A stretch of DNA of 64,000 nucleotides from Escherichia coli (GTDB taxonomy: Bacteria; Pseudomonadota; Gammaproteobacteria; Enterobacterales; Enterobacteriaceae), in assembly GCF_048403405.1 (NCBI RefSeq), contig NZ_CP183129.1; one strand, given 5' to 3'. Shown piece after piece: positions 23,604 to 38,727 of the stretch. The position numbers and the translations under genes are program-made. Under the pieces are notes generated by a model, which was not told the origin of the DNA, did not search any database, and saw only the letters and a program-made list of their open reading frames with translations. Every line of letters starts with the position of its first letter. The first letter of the stretch is position 1.

Positions 23604-24328
23604 GTAAAAGCCGCTTAACGGTGTTTAGTTTCGTTCGCCGTTTTCTTCTGCGGTTAATGGTTGTCCTCGCCGTTTTCTGGGGCGGGGGCATTGCGTTGTT
23701 TAGCGTTGCGCCTGTTCCTTTCTCTGCGGTAATGGTCGAGCGGCAAGTCAGCGCCTGGCTGCATGGCAATTTTCGTTACGTGGCACATTCTGACTGGGTC
23801 AACATGGATCAAATCTCGCCGTGGATGGGACTGGCGGTGATTGCCGCAGAAGATCAGAAGTTTCCTGAGCACTGGGGCTTTGATGTCGCTTCCATTGAGC
23901 AAGCCCTGGCGCACAACGAACGCAATGAAAACCGTATTCGCGGTGCGTCGACGATTTCTCAGCAGACAGCCAAAAATCTCTTTTTATGGGATGGGCGCAG
24001 CTGGGTTCGAAAAGGGCTGGAAGCCGGATTAACGCTGGGGATAGAAACTGTCTGGAGCAAAAAGCGTATCCTGACGGTTTACCTGAATATCGCCGAATTT
24101 GGCGACGGTGTGTTTGGCGTCGAAGCTGCGGCACAACGTTATTTCCACAAACCCGCGAGCAAACTTACCCGCTCGGAAGCTGCATTACTGGCAGCTGTAT
24201 TACCTAATCCACTTCGTTTCAAAGTCTCCGCGCCATCGGGCTACGTGCGTGGCCGTCAGGCGTGGATTTTACGGCAGATGTATCAGTTAGGCGGTGAGTT
24301 GTTTATGCAACAGCACCAGCTTGATTAA
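23600..24328 (+). CDS. mtgA: Monofunctional peptidoglycan glycosyltransferase
   Basis: 242-aa ORF with N-terminal membrane anchor and transglycosylase motifs (…[12 protein letters not shown]…); overlaps elbB stop by 4 bp. Confidence 0.93.
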   Translation: MSKSRLTVFSFVRRFLLRLMVVLAVFWGGGIALFSVAPVPFSAVMVERQVSAWLHGNFRYVAHSDWVNMDQISPWMGLAVIAAEDQKFPEHWGFDVASIEQALAHNERNENRIRGASTISQQTAKNLFLWDGRSWVRKGLEAGLTLGIETVWSKKRILTVYLNIAEFGDGVFGVEAAAQRYFHKPASKLTRSEAALLAAVLPNPLRFKVSAPSGYVRGRQAWILRQMYQLGGELFMQQHQLD

Positions 24329-24957
24329 GCTTCGCGCGAAGTGAGGGCCAGCATTTTGCTCTCACGAGGTTGCAGATCTTTCTGCAGGGCAATAGCCAGC
24401 GCCGGTTGGGTGATAAATCGTTTCCATAACCGCTCTTGCTTACGCAGACAACACCACTTCGACCAGGTTGCCAGTGGAATCAATGTGCTTTCACCAATGT
24501 TGTCGCAGACGACGGGGATAACCTCTGACTCACTGATGCGATGACAGAGGATATTCTGCGGCTTCAGCGACATCGTCACGATACGGTTATCCTGCAAATA
24601 ACGCTTCAGCTGTTTCAGTAACTGGCGCAGTTGTGCAACGTCTTCTTCGTAACGGCATTGTTCAGCAAATTCGGTCAGCGTAATGGAGGGCTTGCCGTCA
24701 AAATCTGCAATCACATCGTAGACATAACCGGTTCCGCAATCCGTCTCAACGGTACCGTGATAGCGCGGTATTCCACTCCAGTCTTTTAACCGGCGACCAA
24801 GATGCGCGTAGTACTTTAACTCACGGCGGATCTCTTTATCGCCACCATCGCCACGATGGTAGACAATCTTGATACAGCGTTGGGCATCTTCCGGATGCGC
24901 ATAACATTTCCGATGTCTTCCGGTGCCCAGGGGACTTTGTTCAGATAAGCGAATCAT
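24325..24957 (-). CDS. yrbL: PhoP-regulated protein YrbL
   Basis: Internal ATG at 24957 gives 210 aa [28 protein letters not shown]...; ORF track start 25014 is an upstream extension. Confidence 0.85.
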   Translation of the reverse strand: MIRLSEQSPLGTGRHRKCYAHPEDAQRCIKIVYHRGDGGDKEIRRELKYYAHLGRRLKDWSGIPRYHGTVETDCGTGYVYDVIADFDGKPSITLTEFAEQCRYEEDVAQLRQLLKQLKRYLQDNRIVTMSLKPQNILCHRISESEVIPVVCDNIGESTLIPLATWSKWCCLRKQERLWKRFITQPALAIALQKDLQPRESKMLALTSREA

Positions 24958-25007
24958 GCCATCTCCTGGAAATATTTTCTGATGATCTCCAGTATGGTCG
25001 ATTAACT

Positions 25008-25024
25008 TAAACAAAACCTAAACA
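25008..25024 (-). promoter_or_regulatory. Putative PhoP box upstream of yrbL
   Basis: On the yrbL strand reads TGTTTAGGTTTTGTTTA (direct hexamer repeat with 5-nt spacer), 50-67 bp upstream of the yrbL ATG; matches the PhoP box consensus. Confidence 0.55.
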
Positions 25025-25170
25025 ATGCCTCTTAAGGTTTTCTTAAGGTTCTTCTGAAAGTGAAAAGCGCACAAAATGTACAAATGACGTTGATTGAGAA
25101 CGATTTGAGTACGTGATTTTCTTATTGTCGGGGGGAGTTTGAAGGGAGTTGTATGTCAAAGTGATGAAGA

Positions 25171-25443
25171 TTAATCTTCATCAAAACCAGAATTAAAGAG
25201 GGCGATAACGGCGGCCAGTGCTTCCTCTTCCTGTGGACCGGTCGCTTCAACTTCAATCTGCCGTCCTTTGGCAGAATCCAACATCAGCAGCGCAATAACG
25301 CTGTTGGCTTCAGCCTCGGTGCCTTCGTCATTACGTAACAGCACTTCAGCGTCAAAACCCTGCATTAATTCAAACAGCTTCATTGCAGGCCGGGCATGCA
25401 TGCCCAGCTTGTTTGTGATTTCAACAGTTTGCTTGACGGTCAT
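25171..25443 (-). CDS. ptsO: Phosphocarrier protein NPr (nitrogen PTS)
   Basis: 90-aa HPr-like [28 protein letters not shown]... with active-site His; overlaps rapZ stop. Confidence 0.95.
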
Positions 25444-26294
25444 GGTTTACGTTTTTCCAGCGTACGATGGCGTGACTGGACGTTTTTACCGCGCGAGCGG
25501 AAGTAGTCTGCCAGTTGCTCTGCAATATACACCGAACGGTGCTTCCCGCCGGTACAACCAATGGCGACCGTCAAGTAGCTACGGTTGTTGGTTTCCAGCA
25601 TAGGCAACCATAGCTCAAGATAGCTTCGCGTCTGGTAGATAAAATTGTGTACTTCTGTGTGGCGGTCGAGAAACGCGGCGACGGGTTTATCAAGACCTGT
25701 CATTGGACGCAGTTTCGGATCCCAGTGCGGGTTCGGCAAGAAGCGCACGTCAAAGACGTAATCTGCATCGATAGGGATACCGTGTTTGAAGCCGAAAGAC
25801 TCAAAGACCATGGTCAGTTCGCGTTCACGTTTACCCAGCAGACGGGTACGCAGCATTTCAGCCAGCTCGTGAACGGACATTTCTGAGGTATCGACAATCA
25901 GATCCGCTCGCGAACGCAGAGGTTCCAGCAAATCGCTTTCTTTGTCGATAGCACTTTCCAGCGACAGGTTTTTGCTTGAAAGCGGATGCAGTCGGCGCGT
26001 GTCACTGTAACGACGAATTAAGGTATTACGGTCGGCATCCAGGAACAGTAGTTGCGGTGAGAAAGCGTCAGGCAGGTTACTCATCGCCTGTTCGAATATT
26101 TCTGGTGACTCCGGCATATTACGAACATCAATGCTGACGGCGGCAGAAATCTCGCGATCGGCCAGAGTTCGAGCCAGATCGGGTAACAACACTACGGGAA
26201 GGTTATCCACGCAGTAAAAACCCATATCTTCCAGCGCACGCAGGGCGACAGATTTACCTGAACCTGAACGTCCGCTGACGATCATCAGTACCAT
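25440..26294 (-). CDS. rapZ: RNase adaptor protein RapZ (YhbJ)
   Basis: 284-aa ORF with Walker A GRSGSGKS; recognised RapZ sequence. Confidence 0.95.
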
Positions 26295-26339
26295 GTACTG
26301 TTTCTCCTCACAACGTCTAAAAGAGACATTACCGAATAA

Positions 26340-26831
26340 CTACGCTTCATCCGGAGTACCTTCGGTATCCGTAATGATTTGATACAGCTCTTCATCGCTC
26401 TGGGCTGCGCGTAAACGGCGGCAGATGGTTTTGTCCGCCAGACGTTTCGCCACCAGCGACAGAGTATGCAGGTGCGTTTTAGTTTGGTCTGCCGGCACCA
26501 GCAGGGCAAAAAGTAAGTCCACCGGTTGGTTGTCGATGGCATCGAAAGCTATAGGCGTTTCGAGCTGAACGAAAACGCCAACGGCGCGCAGAGTATCTTC
26601 TTCCAGTTTGCCATGCGGAATGGCAATACCATTGCCGATACCGGTACTGCCCATTTTTTCCCGCGTCAGGATAGCTTCAAAAACCACCTGAGGCGGTAGG
26701 CTAAGTTGTTTCGCCGCCAGCTCGCTGATGATTTCCAGGGCGCGTTTTTTGCTCTGACAGTGGACGCGGCTTCGCGTACATTCCCTGTTAAGAACACTGC
26801 TAAGCTGTAGAGTTGTATCATTATTTGTCAT
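26340..26831 (-). CDS. ptsN: Nitrogen-PTS EIIA-Ntr
   Basis: ATG at 26831 gives 163 aa MTNNDTTLQLSSVLNREC...; ORF track start 26855 is an upstream extension. Confidence 0.93.
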   Translation of the reverse strand: MTNNDTTLQLSSVLNRECTRSRVHCQSKKRALEIISELAAKQLSLPPQVVFEAILTREKMGSTGIGNGIAIPHGKLEEDTLRAVGVFVQLETPIAFDAIDNQPVDLLFALLVPADQTKTHLHTLSLVAKRLADKTICRRLRAAQSDEELYQIITDTEGTPDEA

Positions 26832-26948
26832 AATTTCACCTAAGAACCTGCCCACTCAAACAGTGGAACAGGCTCGGAGCATTAACCGTACAAATGGCCC
26901 GTTGTGCCGCACAACAGGCCGCCATGCACATGCTAATTGCCCGGACAA

Positions 26949-27236
26949 TTAGTGTTGTTTCAGTTTATCTTTATGTTTGGTCAACTGGCGTGCCAGCTTA
27001 TCAATTAAGCCATCAATGGCAGCGTACATGTCCTGACCTTCCGCGCTGGCATGAATTTCACCACCGTTTACATGCAGTGTTGCATCTGAGGTGTGGGTGA
27101 CTTTCTCCACTTTCAGAACAACATAGACCTGGTTGATTCGGTCAAAATATTGCTCAAGTTTGGCAAATTTGGCTGTAACAAATTCGCGCAGTGCCTCGGT
27201 GATCTCGACGTTATTTCCGGTAATGTTGAGCTGCAT
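26949..27236 (-). CDS. hpf: Ribosome hibernation promoting factor
   Basis: ATG at 27236 gives 95 aa MQLNITGNNVEITEALREFV...KHKDKLKQH; the ORF track start 27320 would overlap rpoN 3' end. Confidence 0.93.
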   Translation of the reverse strand: MQLNITGNNVEITEALREFVTAKFAKLEQYFDRINQVYVVLKVEKVTHTSDATLHVNGGEIHASAEGQDMYAAIDGLIDKLARQLTKHKDKLKQH

Positions 27237-27258
27237 AGTGTCTTCCTTATCGGTTGGG

Positions 27259-28692
27259 TCAAACGAGCTGTTTACGCTGGTTTGACGGCGGAATGGATAA
27301 AGACTCTCGGTACTTCGCAACAGTGCGGCGTGCCACCATGATACCTTGTTCCGACAGCAAAGAGGTTAACTTGCTGTCGCTCAACGGTTTCGCTGGGTTT
27401 TCCGCCGCGATTAATTTCTTCACCAGCGCACGAATCGCCGTGGAGGAAGCTTCGCCGCCGCCCTCGGTATTGACGTGACTGGAAAAGAAATACTTCAGTT
27501 CAAAAATGCCTCGTGGACTATGCAGGTATTTTTGCGTGGTCACGCGAGATATCGTCGATTCATGCATTTCGACAGCCTGGGCGATATCGGCCAGTACCAT
27601 CGGTTTCATATATTCTTCGCCTTGCTCAAAGAAGGCTTGCTGCTGTTCAACGATACAGCGACTCACGCGCAGTAGCGTATCGTTACGGCTTTCCAGACTC
27701 TTGATCAACCATTTGGCATCCTGCAGATTGCTGCGGATAAACTGGCTGTCACCATCGTTACGCGCGTTATTGCACATCGAGGCGTAGTGCTGGTTGATTT
27801 GCAGACGCGGAATGCTGTCACTGTTGAGTTCTACCGTCCAGTGACCGTTATGCTTACGCACCAGCACATCTGGAATGACATACTCAGGTTCGCCAGTCTG
27901 GATCGACTGCCCGGGGCGCGGATCGAGCGACTGGATCAGATTGACGGCTTCTTTCAGCACATCTTCTTTCAGACGCGTGACGCGCATTAAAGTGCGGAAG
28001 TCGTGATTGGCTAACAGATCGAGATGATCGCTAATGATCAGTCTGGCCTCTTCCAGCCACGGCGTGGTCTTATCGAATTGGGAGAGTTGGATCAGCAGAC
28101 AGTCACGCAGATCTTTTGCCGCCACACCGACCGGATCAAACCGTTGGATCCGCTTAAGGACGGCTTCAACTTCGTCGATGTCGATCTCTTCATCGCCCAT
28201 ACTTTCGAGAATATCTTCCAGCGGGACAGTCAGATAACCGGTGTCATCAACGGCATCGACGATAGAGGTAGCAATGGCGCGGTCAGTATCGGAAAACGGT
28301 GTCAGCTCGACCTGCCACATCAGGTAATCCTGCAAGGTCTGCGTCGTTTCGCCCTGATAGACCGGCAGCTCGTCGTCAATGTAGTCACCGCTGGTGCCGG
28401 ATGGTGTACCAGCGGTGTAAATGGTGTCCCAACTGGCATCGAGCGGCAGCTCTTCCGGCATCTCTTTTTGTTCGAGCGCGTCGGCGGTGTCCAGAGTTTC
28501 ACTGTCTTGCGTTTCGCGGGTGTCGATTTCTTCATGAGTGTCGATTTGCTCAAGCAGCGGATTACTCTCCAGCGCCTGCTGTAGCTCCTGCTGAAGTTCC
28601 AGCGTCGACAACTGCAACAGACGAATTGCCTGTTGGAGCTGTGGCGTCATCGCCAGTTGTTGGCTAAGCCTGAGTTGCAAACCTTGCTTCAT
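27259..28692 (-). CDS. rpoN: RNA polymerase sigma-54 factor
   Basis: 477-aa ORF with Gln/Leu-rich N-terminus and C-terminal RpoN box region ([10 protein letters not shown]); recognised sequence. Confidence 0.97.
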   Translation of the reverse strand: MKQGLQLRLSQQLAMTPQLQQAIRLLQLSTLELQQELQQALESNPLLEQIDTHEEIDTRETQDSETLDTADALEQKEMPEELPLDASWDTIYTAGTPSGTSGDYIDDELPVYQGETTQTLQDYLMWQVELTPFSDTDRAIATSIVDAVDDTGYLTVPLEDILESMGDEEIDIDEVEAVLKRIQRFDPVGVAAKDLRDCLLIQLSQFDKTTPWLEEARLIISDHLDLLANHDFRTLMRVTRLKEDVLKEAVNLIQSLDPRPGQSIQTGEPEYVIPDVLVRKHNGHWTVELNSDSIPRLQINQHYASMCNNARNDGDSQFIRSNLQDAKWLIKSLESRNDTLLRVSRCIVEQQQAFFEQGEEYMKPMVLADIAQAVEMHESTISRVTTQKYLHSPRGIFELKYFFSSHVNTEGGGEASSTAIRALVKKLIAAENPAKPLSDSKLTSLLSEQGIMVARRTVAKYRESLSIPPSNQRKQLV

Positions 28693-28739
28693 GTTCAGAA
28701 TCGTACTCTCCTGCTAAAACGTCGCAAACTTCTACCCTA

Positions 28740-29465
28740 TCAGAGTCTGAAGTCTTCCCCAAGGTATACACGCTTAACGTGTTCGTCTTGTAAGATTTCT
28801 GTAGGCGTGCCGTGGGCGATCAAATGCCCCTGACTGACGATATAAGCGCGTTCACAAACCGCCAGTGTTTCACGCACGTTGTGGTCAGTGATCAGTACGC
28901 CCAGGCCGCTGTCGCGCAGGTGCTCAATGATGCGTTTAATGTCGATAACCGAGATCGGGTCAACCCCGGCAAACGGTTCGTCGAGCAGAATAAATTTCGG
29001 ATTCGCAGCCAGTGCGCGGGCAATTTCTACACGGCGACGTTCACCCCCGGAGAGTGACTGCCCCATGCTGTCACGCAGGTGCTCAATGTGAAACTCTTCC
29101 ATCAGCTCGTTCGCGCGGTCTTCACGTTGTTCAGCAGACAAGTCGTCACGAATTTGCAGTACCGCCATCAGGTTATCGTAAACGCTGAGGCGACGGAAAA
29201 TGGAGGCTTCCTGCGGCAGATAGCCGATACCGCGGCGCGCGCGTGCATGCAGAGGCAGCAGACTGATATCGTCATCATCAATAATGATGTTGCCCGCATC
29301 GCGCGGCACAATGCCTACAACCATGTAGAAAATGGTGGTCTTACCGGCACCGTTTGGCCCCAGCAGACCGACAATTTCCCCGGAGTTGACGGTCAGGCTG
29401 ACGTCTTCTACCACGCGACGGCCTTTATAGGCTTTTGCAAGGTTCTTTGCAGTTAATGTTGCCAT
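28740..29465 (-). CDS. lptB: LPS export ABC transporter ATPase LptB
   Basis: 241-aa ORF with Walker [13 protein letters not shown] signature LSGGERRR, Walker B ILLDEP. Confidence 0.96.
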   Translation of the reverse strand: MATLTAKNLAKAYKGRRVVEDVSLTVNSGEIVGLLGPNGAGKTTIFYMVVGIVPRDAGNIIIDDDDISLLPLHARARRGIGYLPQEASIFRRLSVYDNLMAVLQIRDDLSAEQREDRANELMEEFHIEHLRDSMGQSLSGGERRRVEIARALAANPKFILLDEPFAGVDPISVIDIKRIIEHLRDSGLGVLITDHNVRETLAVCERAYIVSQGHLIAHGTPTEILQDEHVKRVYLGEDFRL

Positions 29466-29471
29466 AACGAA

Positions 29472-30029
29472 TTAATTACCCTTCTTCTGTGCCGGGGTCT
29501 GGCCTTTGTTGTTTTTGTCCTGCAGCTGCGACGGCACCAGAACGGTGGTTACGCGCTTACCTTTGTCGCTGAAAGCCTGCATTTTCTGCTCTTTCACCAG
29601 GTAAGTGATCTTATCGCCCTTAATGTTGCTATCGACCTGCTGCAGATAAGCATTACCCGTCAGAACGACAAAATCTTTTGCCAGTTCGTAGTGCATCTGG
29701 GAAGCGTGACCTTCAACGGGTTTACCATTGTCCTGCATCTGGTAGAACGTTGCCGGTTTACCGTAGCCGTCAATCACTTCTTTACCTTGTTCGCCGCCCG
29801 GACGGGTAACGACCACTTTGTCGGCATTAATTTTGATGGTGCCCTGGGTGACGATGACATTACCGGTAAAGGTAACCACGTTGCCTTGCATATCAAGAGA
29901 TTGCTGGTCCGATTCAATATGGATCGGCTGATCAGTGTCTCCGGTTACGGCAAATGCCGGAATGCTGGCGGCCAGAAGTGAGCTGGCAAGCACAAGATTA
30001 AGGCTGAGTTTGTTTGTTTTGAATTTCAT
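29472..30029 (-). CDS. lptA: Periplasmic LPS transport protein LptA
   Basis: ATG at 30029 gives 185 aa MKFKTNKLSLNLVLASSLLAASIPAFA... with signal peptide; overlaps lptC 3' end. Confidence 0.93.
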   Translation of the reverse strand: MKFKTNKLSLNLVLASSLLAASIPAFAVTGDTDQPIHIESDQQSLDMQGNVVTFTGNVIVTQGTIKINADKVVVTRPGGEQGKEVIDGYGKPATFYQMQDNGKPVEGHASQMHYELAKDFVVLTGNAYLQQVDSNIKGDKITYLVKEQKMQAFSDKGKRVTTVLVPSQLQDKNNKGQTPAQKKGN

Positions 30030-30573
30030 AGGATGTTCTAACCTTTTCAATCAGCTCGGCGTTCTTGCTGCGTAAGTTGCCGCGCATTTTCAGACCGCTG
30101 GAGTTAAATGTTGTTCCGTATAACGTGACGAGGTCTTCAGAGGTAACATCCTGCGTCACCAGATTGATCTGCGCGTTATCCGTCGTGATTCTGCGAAGTT
30201 GAGAGTCCGGCACAAGTGCGTTGACTTCAACGTGTCCATATAAATAGAGCATCCGGTCATTGGTCAGCTTGGCTTTATCTGCTTTTACGGACCATGTCGG
30301 GATTTTATCCTTATCAAACGTGGTAAGTACCGGCTGCGTAAACCACGAAACGGCCTGATCGGAATAATATTCAACGTGTTGAGCAATCAATCGATAGCTT
30401 AGTGCCCCTTCTGGGTTATAGACGAGCGTGTCCGTATGCTCGCTTTTATAGGTGGGATCATTGTTGTTGACGACCACCTGGGCGGTATCGTCTTTTTCGG
30501 CCATATTAATGCCGATCATCACCAGAACCGCCAGTGATAGCACAATGATAACCCAACGTCTGGCTTTACTCAT
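29998..30573 (-). CDS. lptC: Inner-membrane LPS transport protein LptC
   Basis: 191-aa ORF with single N-terminal TM helix; overlaps kdsC stop by 4 bp. Confidence 0.93.
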   Translation of the reverse strand: MSKARRWVIIVLSLAVLVMIGINMAEKDDTAQVVVNNNDPTYKSEHTDTLVYNPEGALSYRLIAQHVEYYSDQAVSWFTQPVLTTFDKDKIPTWSVKADKAKLTNDRMLYLYGHVEVNALVPDSQLRRITTDNAQINLVTQDVTSEDLVTLYGTTFNSSGLKMRGNLRSKNAELIEKVRTSYEIQNKQTQP

Positions 30574-31136
30574 ATCGATTGCCCTTTGGCTTCATCCAGT
30601 TTGCCCTGCGCCAGGAGTAATAAGTCGCAAACTTCTCGCACTGCGCCACGACCGCCAGCAATGCGCGTCACGTAATCGGCGCGCGGGATCAACAGTGGAT
30701 GCGCATCGGCCACGGCGACGCTTAAACCCACTTTTTCCATTACCGGCCAGTCGATGAGATCATCGCCGACATAAGCCACATTTTCCGGGGCAATCGCCAG
30801 TTTTTCCAGCAGATCGCTAAAGGCGATCAGTTTGTTTGACTGCCCCTGATACAAGTGAGTGATCCCCAATGTGGCACAACGATCTTCTACCAGTTTAGCC
30901 TTTCGCCCGGTAATGATAGCGACTTCAATATCAGAGGTGAGCGCACAACGAATGCCATAACCGTCACGAACATTGAACGCTTTCAGCTCTTCGCCATTAT
31001 TGCCCATATAAATCAGGCCATCTGACAGTACGCCATCGACATCGAGGATCAGCAGACGAATGTTCTCTGCTTTTGCCATAACGTCGGCGCTGACAGGGCC
31101 GTAACAGGTCGCAAGCGACGCACCTGCTTTGCTCAT
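30570..31136 (-). CDS. kdsC: KDO-8-phosphate phosphatase (HAD family)
   Basis: 188-aa ORF containing HAD motif LILDVDGVL. Confidence 0.94.
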   Translation of the reverse strand: MSKAGASLATCYGPVSADVMAKAENIRLLILDVDGVLSDGLIYMGNNGEELKAFNVRDGYGIRCALTSDIEVAIITGRKAKLVEDRCATLGITHLYQGQSNKLIAFSDLLEKLAIAPENVAYVGDDLIDWPVMEKVGLSVAVADAHPLLIPRADYVTRIAGGRGAVREVCDLLLLAQGKLDEAKGQSI

Positions 31137-31156
31137 TGTTGTTTATCCTTGAATCT

Positions 31157-32143
31157 TTACACTACGCCTGCACGCAGTAAATCATGCATATGTAACACAC
31201 CGAGTAAATGGTCGCCATCGGCAACCATCACGGAGGTGATATGGCGGGACTGCATTAAGTTCAGTGCCTCAACGGCCAGAATGCCAGGGCGCACACGTAT
31301 TCCCCCCGGCGTCATCACATCGGCAATACTTAACTGACGAACATCCACGCCCATATCGAAGACACGGCGTAAATCACCGTCGGTAAAGATGCCTTCAATC
31401 ATCATATTGTCATCGCAAATGACAGTCATACCAAGATTTTTGCGGGTAACTTCCAGCAATGCGTCACGCAGACTGGCCGTTTTCTTAACATGCGGGATCT
31501 CATCGCCCGTATGCATAATATCGTTTACGCGCAGCAGAAGTTTACGACCCAGTGCGCCGCCTGGGTGTGAGAGCGCAAAATCTTCAGCAGTAAAGCCGCG
31601 TGCTTTTAACAGAGCGACAGCGAGGGCATCGCCCATAACCAGCGTGGCGGTGGTGCTGCTGGTCGGTGCCAGCCCTAACGGACAGGCTTCTTTCGCTACT
31701 TTAACACACAGATGCACATCTGCGGCGCGCGCCATGCTGCTCTCCGGACGACCGGTGATGCAGATTAACGGTACGTGAAGACGCTTAAGCACTGGAATTA
31801 AGGCCGTGATTTCGCTGGATTCACCTGAGTTAGAGATAGCAATCACCACATCCTGTGGGGTGACCATGCCTAAATCACCATGCGCGGCTTCACCAGGATG
31901 GACGAAAAATGAAGGTGTACCGGTGCTGGCAAACGTTGCCGCCATTTTGCGCCCAATATGCCCCGATTTCCCCATCCCCATGACGACAACTTTCCCTTTA
32001 CACCAGAACATCTTTTCACAGGCAAGCGTGAAATTCTGATTGATGTATTGATCAAGCTCCGCCAGGCATTCACGTTCAATCGCCAGGACTTCTTTACCTG
32101 CTTGCTGAAAGTCAAAACCCGGTTGTAACTCTACGTGCGACAT
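31157..32143 (-). CDS. kdsD: D-arabinose-5-phosphate isomerase (SIS + CBS domains)
   Basis: ATG at 32143 gives 328 aa MSHVELQPGFDFQQAGKEVL...; ORF track start 32164 overlaps yrbG. Confidence 0.93.
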   Translation of the reverse strand: MSHVELQPGFDFQQAGKEVLAIERECLAELDQYINQNFTLACEKMFWCKGKVVVMGMGKSGHIGRKMAATFASTGTPSFFVHPGEAAHGDLGMVTPQDVVIAISNSGESSEITALIPVLKRLHVPLICITGRPESSMARAADVHLCVKVAKEACPLGLAPTSSTTATLVMGDALAVALLKARGFTAEDFALSHPGGALGRKLLLRVNDIMHTGDEIPHVKKTASLRDALLEVTRKNLGMTVICDDNMMIEGIFTDGDLRRVFDMGVDVRQLSIADVMTPGGIRVRPGILAVEALNLMQSRHITSVMVADGDHLLGVLHMHDLLRAGVV

Positions 32144-32156
32144 AATGCGTTTCCAG

Positions 32157-33134
32157 TTATTCAACGAGTATTGGCGATAACCAGTACAACATCGCCAGCC
32201 ATACGATAAATCCGCCAGTTAATAATACCCCTACACCACGGCCCGATTGCGGGGAGCGCCGCCAGCACAGCAACGCAAAAATAATGCTCACCAGCAACAT
32301 CACGCTGTAGTCACGACTGTACGCCAGTGGATCAATCTCTCCTGGCGTTATCAGCGCGGGTAAACCCAACACGATGACAATATTAAAAATGTTTGCGCCA
32401 ATGATATTTCCGACAGCAATGTCGTTTTCACCTTTGCGAACCCCCGCTATTGCGGTTGCCAGTTCCGGTAAGCTGGTTCCGATAGCAATTGCCGTCAGCC
32501 CCATCGTCAACTCACTGATGGCAAAGTAATTCGCCAGCACCGTGGCGTTATCAACCACCATCCGCGTGGCCACTGGCATGATGATAAGCGCAATGCCGAG
32601 CCATAAAAACGCGACGGGCAATCCACCGTCACGCGGCAGCTCTGCAAGCTGCTCTCTGGTCAGGCTGTCAGTCCCCTGACGTTCAGCCTGACGTGCAAGT
32701 TTAACAATGAACAGCAGCCATAGCACAGCCAGAAAGAGGAGAAAGATACCATCGCTGCGACTAAGTTGTCCGTCATAGAGTACGGAACCGGCCACCACGC
32801 TGACCAACAACATTAAGGGTAATTCACGGCGCAGAACATCGGAATGGACGGTAAAAGGACGAACCAGCGCAGCCAGACCGAGGATCAGCAATATATTGAT
32901 AATGTTTGAGCCGAGGGCTGTACCAACGGCTAAATCGCGTTGTTCGTGCAGAGACGCGGCAAGCGAGACGATGATTTCTGGTAACGATGTACCAATACTG
33001 ACCACCGTCATGCCGATGATCAGCGGCGGGATGCCAAAGGTTCGGCAAAGAATAGACGCGGCAAAAACCAGGCGGTCGGCACTGTAAACGACCAAAAGTA
33101 AACCAACAATTAACAGTGCCGTAGCTAAAAGCAT
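32157..33134 (-). CDS. yrbG: CaCA-family (Na+/Ca2+ exchanger-like) inner membrane protein YrbG
   Basis: 325-aa polytopic membrane ORF with duplicated GTSLPE alpha-repeat motifs. Confidence 0.9.
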   Translation of the reverse strand: MLLATALLIVGLLLVVYSADRLVFAASILCRTFGIPPLIIGMTVVSIGTSLPEIIVSLAASLHEQRDLAVGTALGSNIINILLILGLAALVRPFTVHSDVLRRELPLMLLVSVVAGSVLYDGQLSRSDGIFLLFLAVLWLLFIVKLARQAERQGTDSLTREQLAELPRDGGLPVAFLWLGIALIIMPVATRMVVDNATVLANYFAISELTMGLTAIAIGTSLPELATAIAGVRKGENDIAVGNIIGANIFNIVIVLGLPALITPGEIDPLAYSRDYSVMLLVSIIFALLCWRRSPQSGRGVGVLLTGGFIVWLAMLYWLSPILVE

Positions 33135-33343
33135 CTAACGTCCTTTCTTCAGGTATACTCGCCGGTCCGCTGAAGATTTTCAGAAAGCCGTAACGGATTC
33201 TTAATTTTGACTTTATGCGGCTAAAAAGTAAAACAAATGCCAGCTTTCGCTAACCACGGCGGGTAATATTCTGTAAATATGTTGGGTTCAAGGTTAAATT
33301 GAGCGCCATGCTTAGAAAATCAACGCAAGACGAAGGGTGAATT

Positions 33344-34943
<1,600 letters not shown>

Positions 34944-34947
34944 GTTC

Positions 34948-35499
34948 ATGCAAACGAAAAAAAATGAAATTTGGGTGGGTATCTTTTTATTAGCAGCACT
35001 ACTGGCGGCGCTGTTTGTTTGCCTGAAGGCGGCGAACGTGACGTCCATACGTACTGAACCGATCTACACGCTTTATGCGACGTTCGATAACATTGGCGGC
35101 CTGAAAGCGCGCTCTCCGGTCAGCATTGGTGGTGTTGTTGTGGGCCGGGTGGCGGATATTACGCTGGACCCGAAAACCTATCTGCCGCGCGTAACGCTGG
35201 AAATTGAACAACGTTATAACCACATTCCTGATACCAGTTCGCTGAGCATTCGTACTTCCGGCCTGCTGGGGGAACAATATCTGGCATTAAACGTCGGTTT
35301 TGAAGACCCGGAACTGGGGACTGCTATCCTGAAGGATGGCGATACAATTCAGGACACCAAGTCTGCGATGGTGCTGGAAGATCTTATTGGTCAGTTCCTT
35401 TACGGTAGTAAAGGCGATGACAATAAGAATAGTGGCGATGCGCCAGCTGCTGCGCCAGGTAATAATGAAACCACTGAACCTGTGGGTACAACGAAATAA
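34948..35499 (+). CDS. mlaD: MCE-domain phospholipid-binding protein MlaD
   Basis: ATG at 34948 gives 183 aa MQTKKNEIWVGIFLLAALLAALFV...; ORF track start 34933 is 5 codons upstream. Confidence 0.93.
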   Translation: MQTKKNEIWVGIFLLAALLAALFVCLKAANVTSIRTEPIYTLYATFDNIGGLKARSPVSIGGVVVGRVADITLDPKTYLPRVTLEIEQRYNHIPDTSSLSIRTSGLLGEQYLALNVGFEDPELGTAILKDGDTIQDTKSAMVLEDLIGQFLYGSKGDDNKNSGDAPAAAPGNNETTEPVGTTK

Positions 35500-36152
<653 letters not shown>

Positions 36153-36153
<1 letters not shown>

Positions 36154-36446
36154 TGAGCGAGTCACTGAGCTGGATGCAGACGGGTGACACGCTGGCGCTA
36201 TCCGGAGAGCTGGATCAGGACGTTCTGCTACCGCTTTGGGAAATGCGTGAGGAAGCGGTGAAGGGGATTACCTGCATCGATCTTAGCCGTGTGTCCCGCG
36301 TGGATACGGGTGGACTGGCATTGCTGCTCCATCTTATCGATCTGGCGAAAAAGCAGGGCAACAACGTGACGCTTCAGGGGGTAAACGACAAAGTGTATAC
36401 CCTGGCGAAATTGTATAATTTGCCTGCTGATGTTCTGCCTCGTTAA
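36153..36446 (+). CDS. mlaB: STAS-domain protein MlaB
   Basis: ATG at 36153 overlapping mlaC stop (TAATG) gives 97 aa MSESLSWMQTGDTLALSGELD...; the ORF track start 36057 is an upstream extension. Confidence 0.92.
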
Positions 36447-36605
36447 ATTTTTTCAGGCCGGATATGGCGTTAACCGCCTGTCCGGCAAACCTGCCTGCAA
36501 GTCGAGCCTTGTCTGATTTATCAGCGAGGCTTTTTGCTTATTTATGCCAGCGCAACTTTGCTCTAAGATGTTTCGCTGGTTTATTAACTGATGATTGAAG
36601 ATCCC

Positions 36606-36860
36606 ATGGAAAATAATGAAATTCAGAGCGTGTTGATGAACGCTCTCTCCCTCCAGGAAGTCCACGTTTCCGGCGATGGCAGCCACTTTCAGGTTATTGC
36701 CGTGGGTGAGTTGTTTGACGGCATGAGTCGGGTTAAAAAACAGCAGACGGTCTATGGCCCGCTGATGGAATATATTGCGGATAACCGCATTCATGCTGTG
36801 TCGATCAAAGCGTATACCCCAGCGGAGTGGGCGCGCGATCGCAAACTGAACGGCTTTTGA
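36606..36860 (+). CDS. ibaG: BolA-family acid-stress protein IbaG (YrbA)
   Basis: ATG at 36606 gives 84 aa [33 protein letters not shown]... Confidence 0.92.
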
Positions 36861-36914
36861 GCTATGGGCGATTCGCCGGTAGCGGATATGAATTGTTAAC
36901 TGAGAACAAACTAA

Positions 36915-38174
<1,260 letters not shown>

Positions 38175-38221
38175 TTGTCTGAGAGCTGGCAGCCCCGTTC
38201 GCGGGGCTACCGCCAGACCAC

Positions 38222-38500
38222 TCATTTTTTCGGTTTAGTGTAGCTACGCATCAACTGTGTTCTGTCGATAAACTCATGGGTCTGCGGATCATGGTAGCGA
38301 GATGGCCAGATAATCCAGGGGTCAGTTCCCAGGGCTTTCGCAATAATCATCTCTCCTTTCGGCCAGGGGCGCGATAATGCGTTCGCCAGCGTTGAGGAAC
38401 TCAAACCATTTCTGCGAGATTCCGCCGCCATTGACGTTCCCTTCTTGCGCAAACCCGCAATGATGTCAGCGGGATGCCAGTCAATGAAATTACTTTCCAT
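38222..38500 (-). CDS. sfsB: Ner-like DNA-binding regulator SfsB (Nlp)
   Basis: 92-aa ORF MESNFIDWHPADIIAGLRKKGTSMAAESRRNGLSSSTLANAL... Confidence 0.92.
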   Translation of the reverse strand: MESNFIDWHPADIIAGLRKKGTSMAAESRRNGLSSSTLANALSRPWPKGEMIIAKALGTDPWIIWPSRYHDPQTHEFIDRTQLMRSYTKPKK

Positions 38501-38727
38501 CTTTCCTCACTCCTTAAGTTAGTCGCTTTCATTCAGAACATTTCTTCTGTCGGGCATCACTATACTCCTGATGGCGTATTGTTCTAAAAAGTTCCTGTAA
38601 AGAGTGTGAATATTCAGAATATATAAAGATACATACACTGGTTTTTCAGGCGTTATTGCGCTGAATAAGTGTTTTTATGGAACTTATTGGAATCATCCCG
38701 CGCACTGCGCGGGATGAGGGGGAGGGA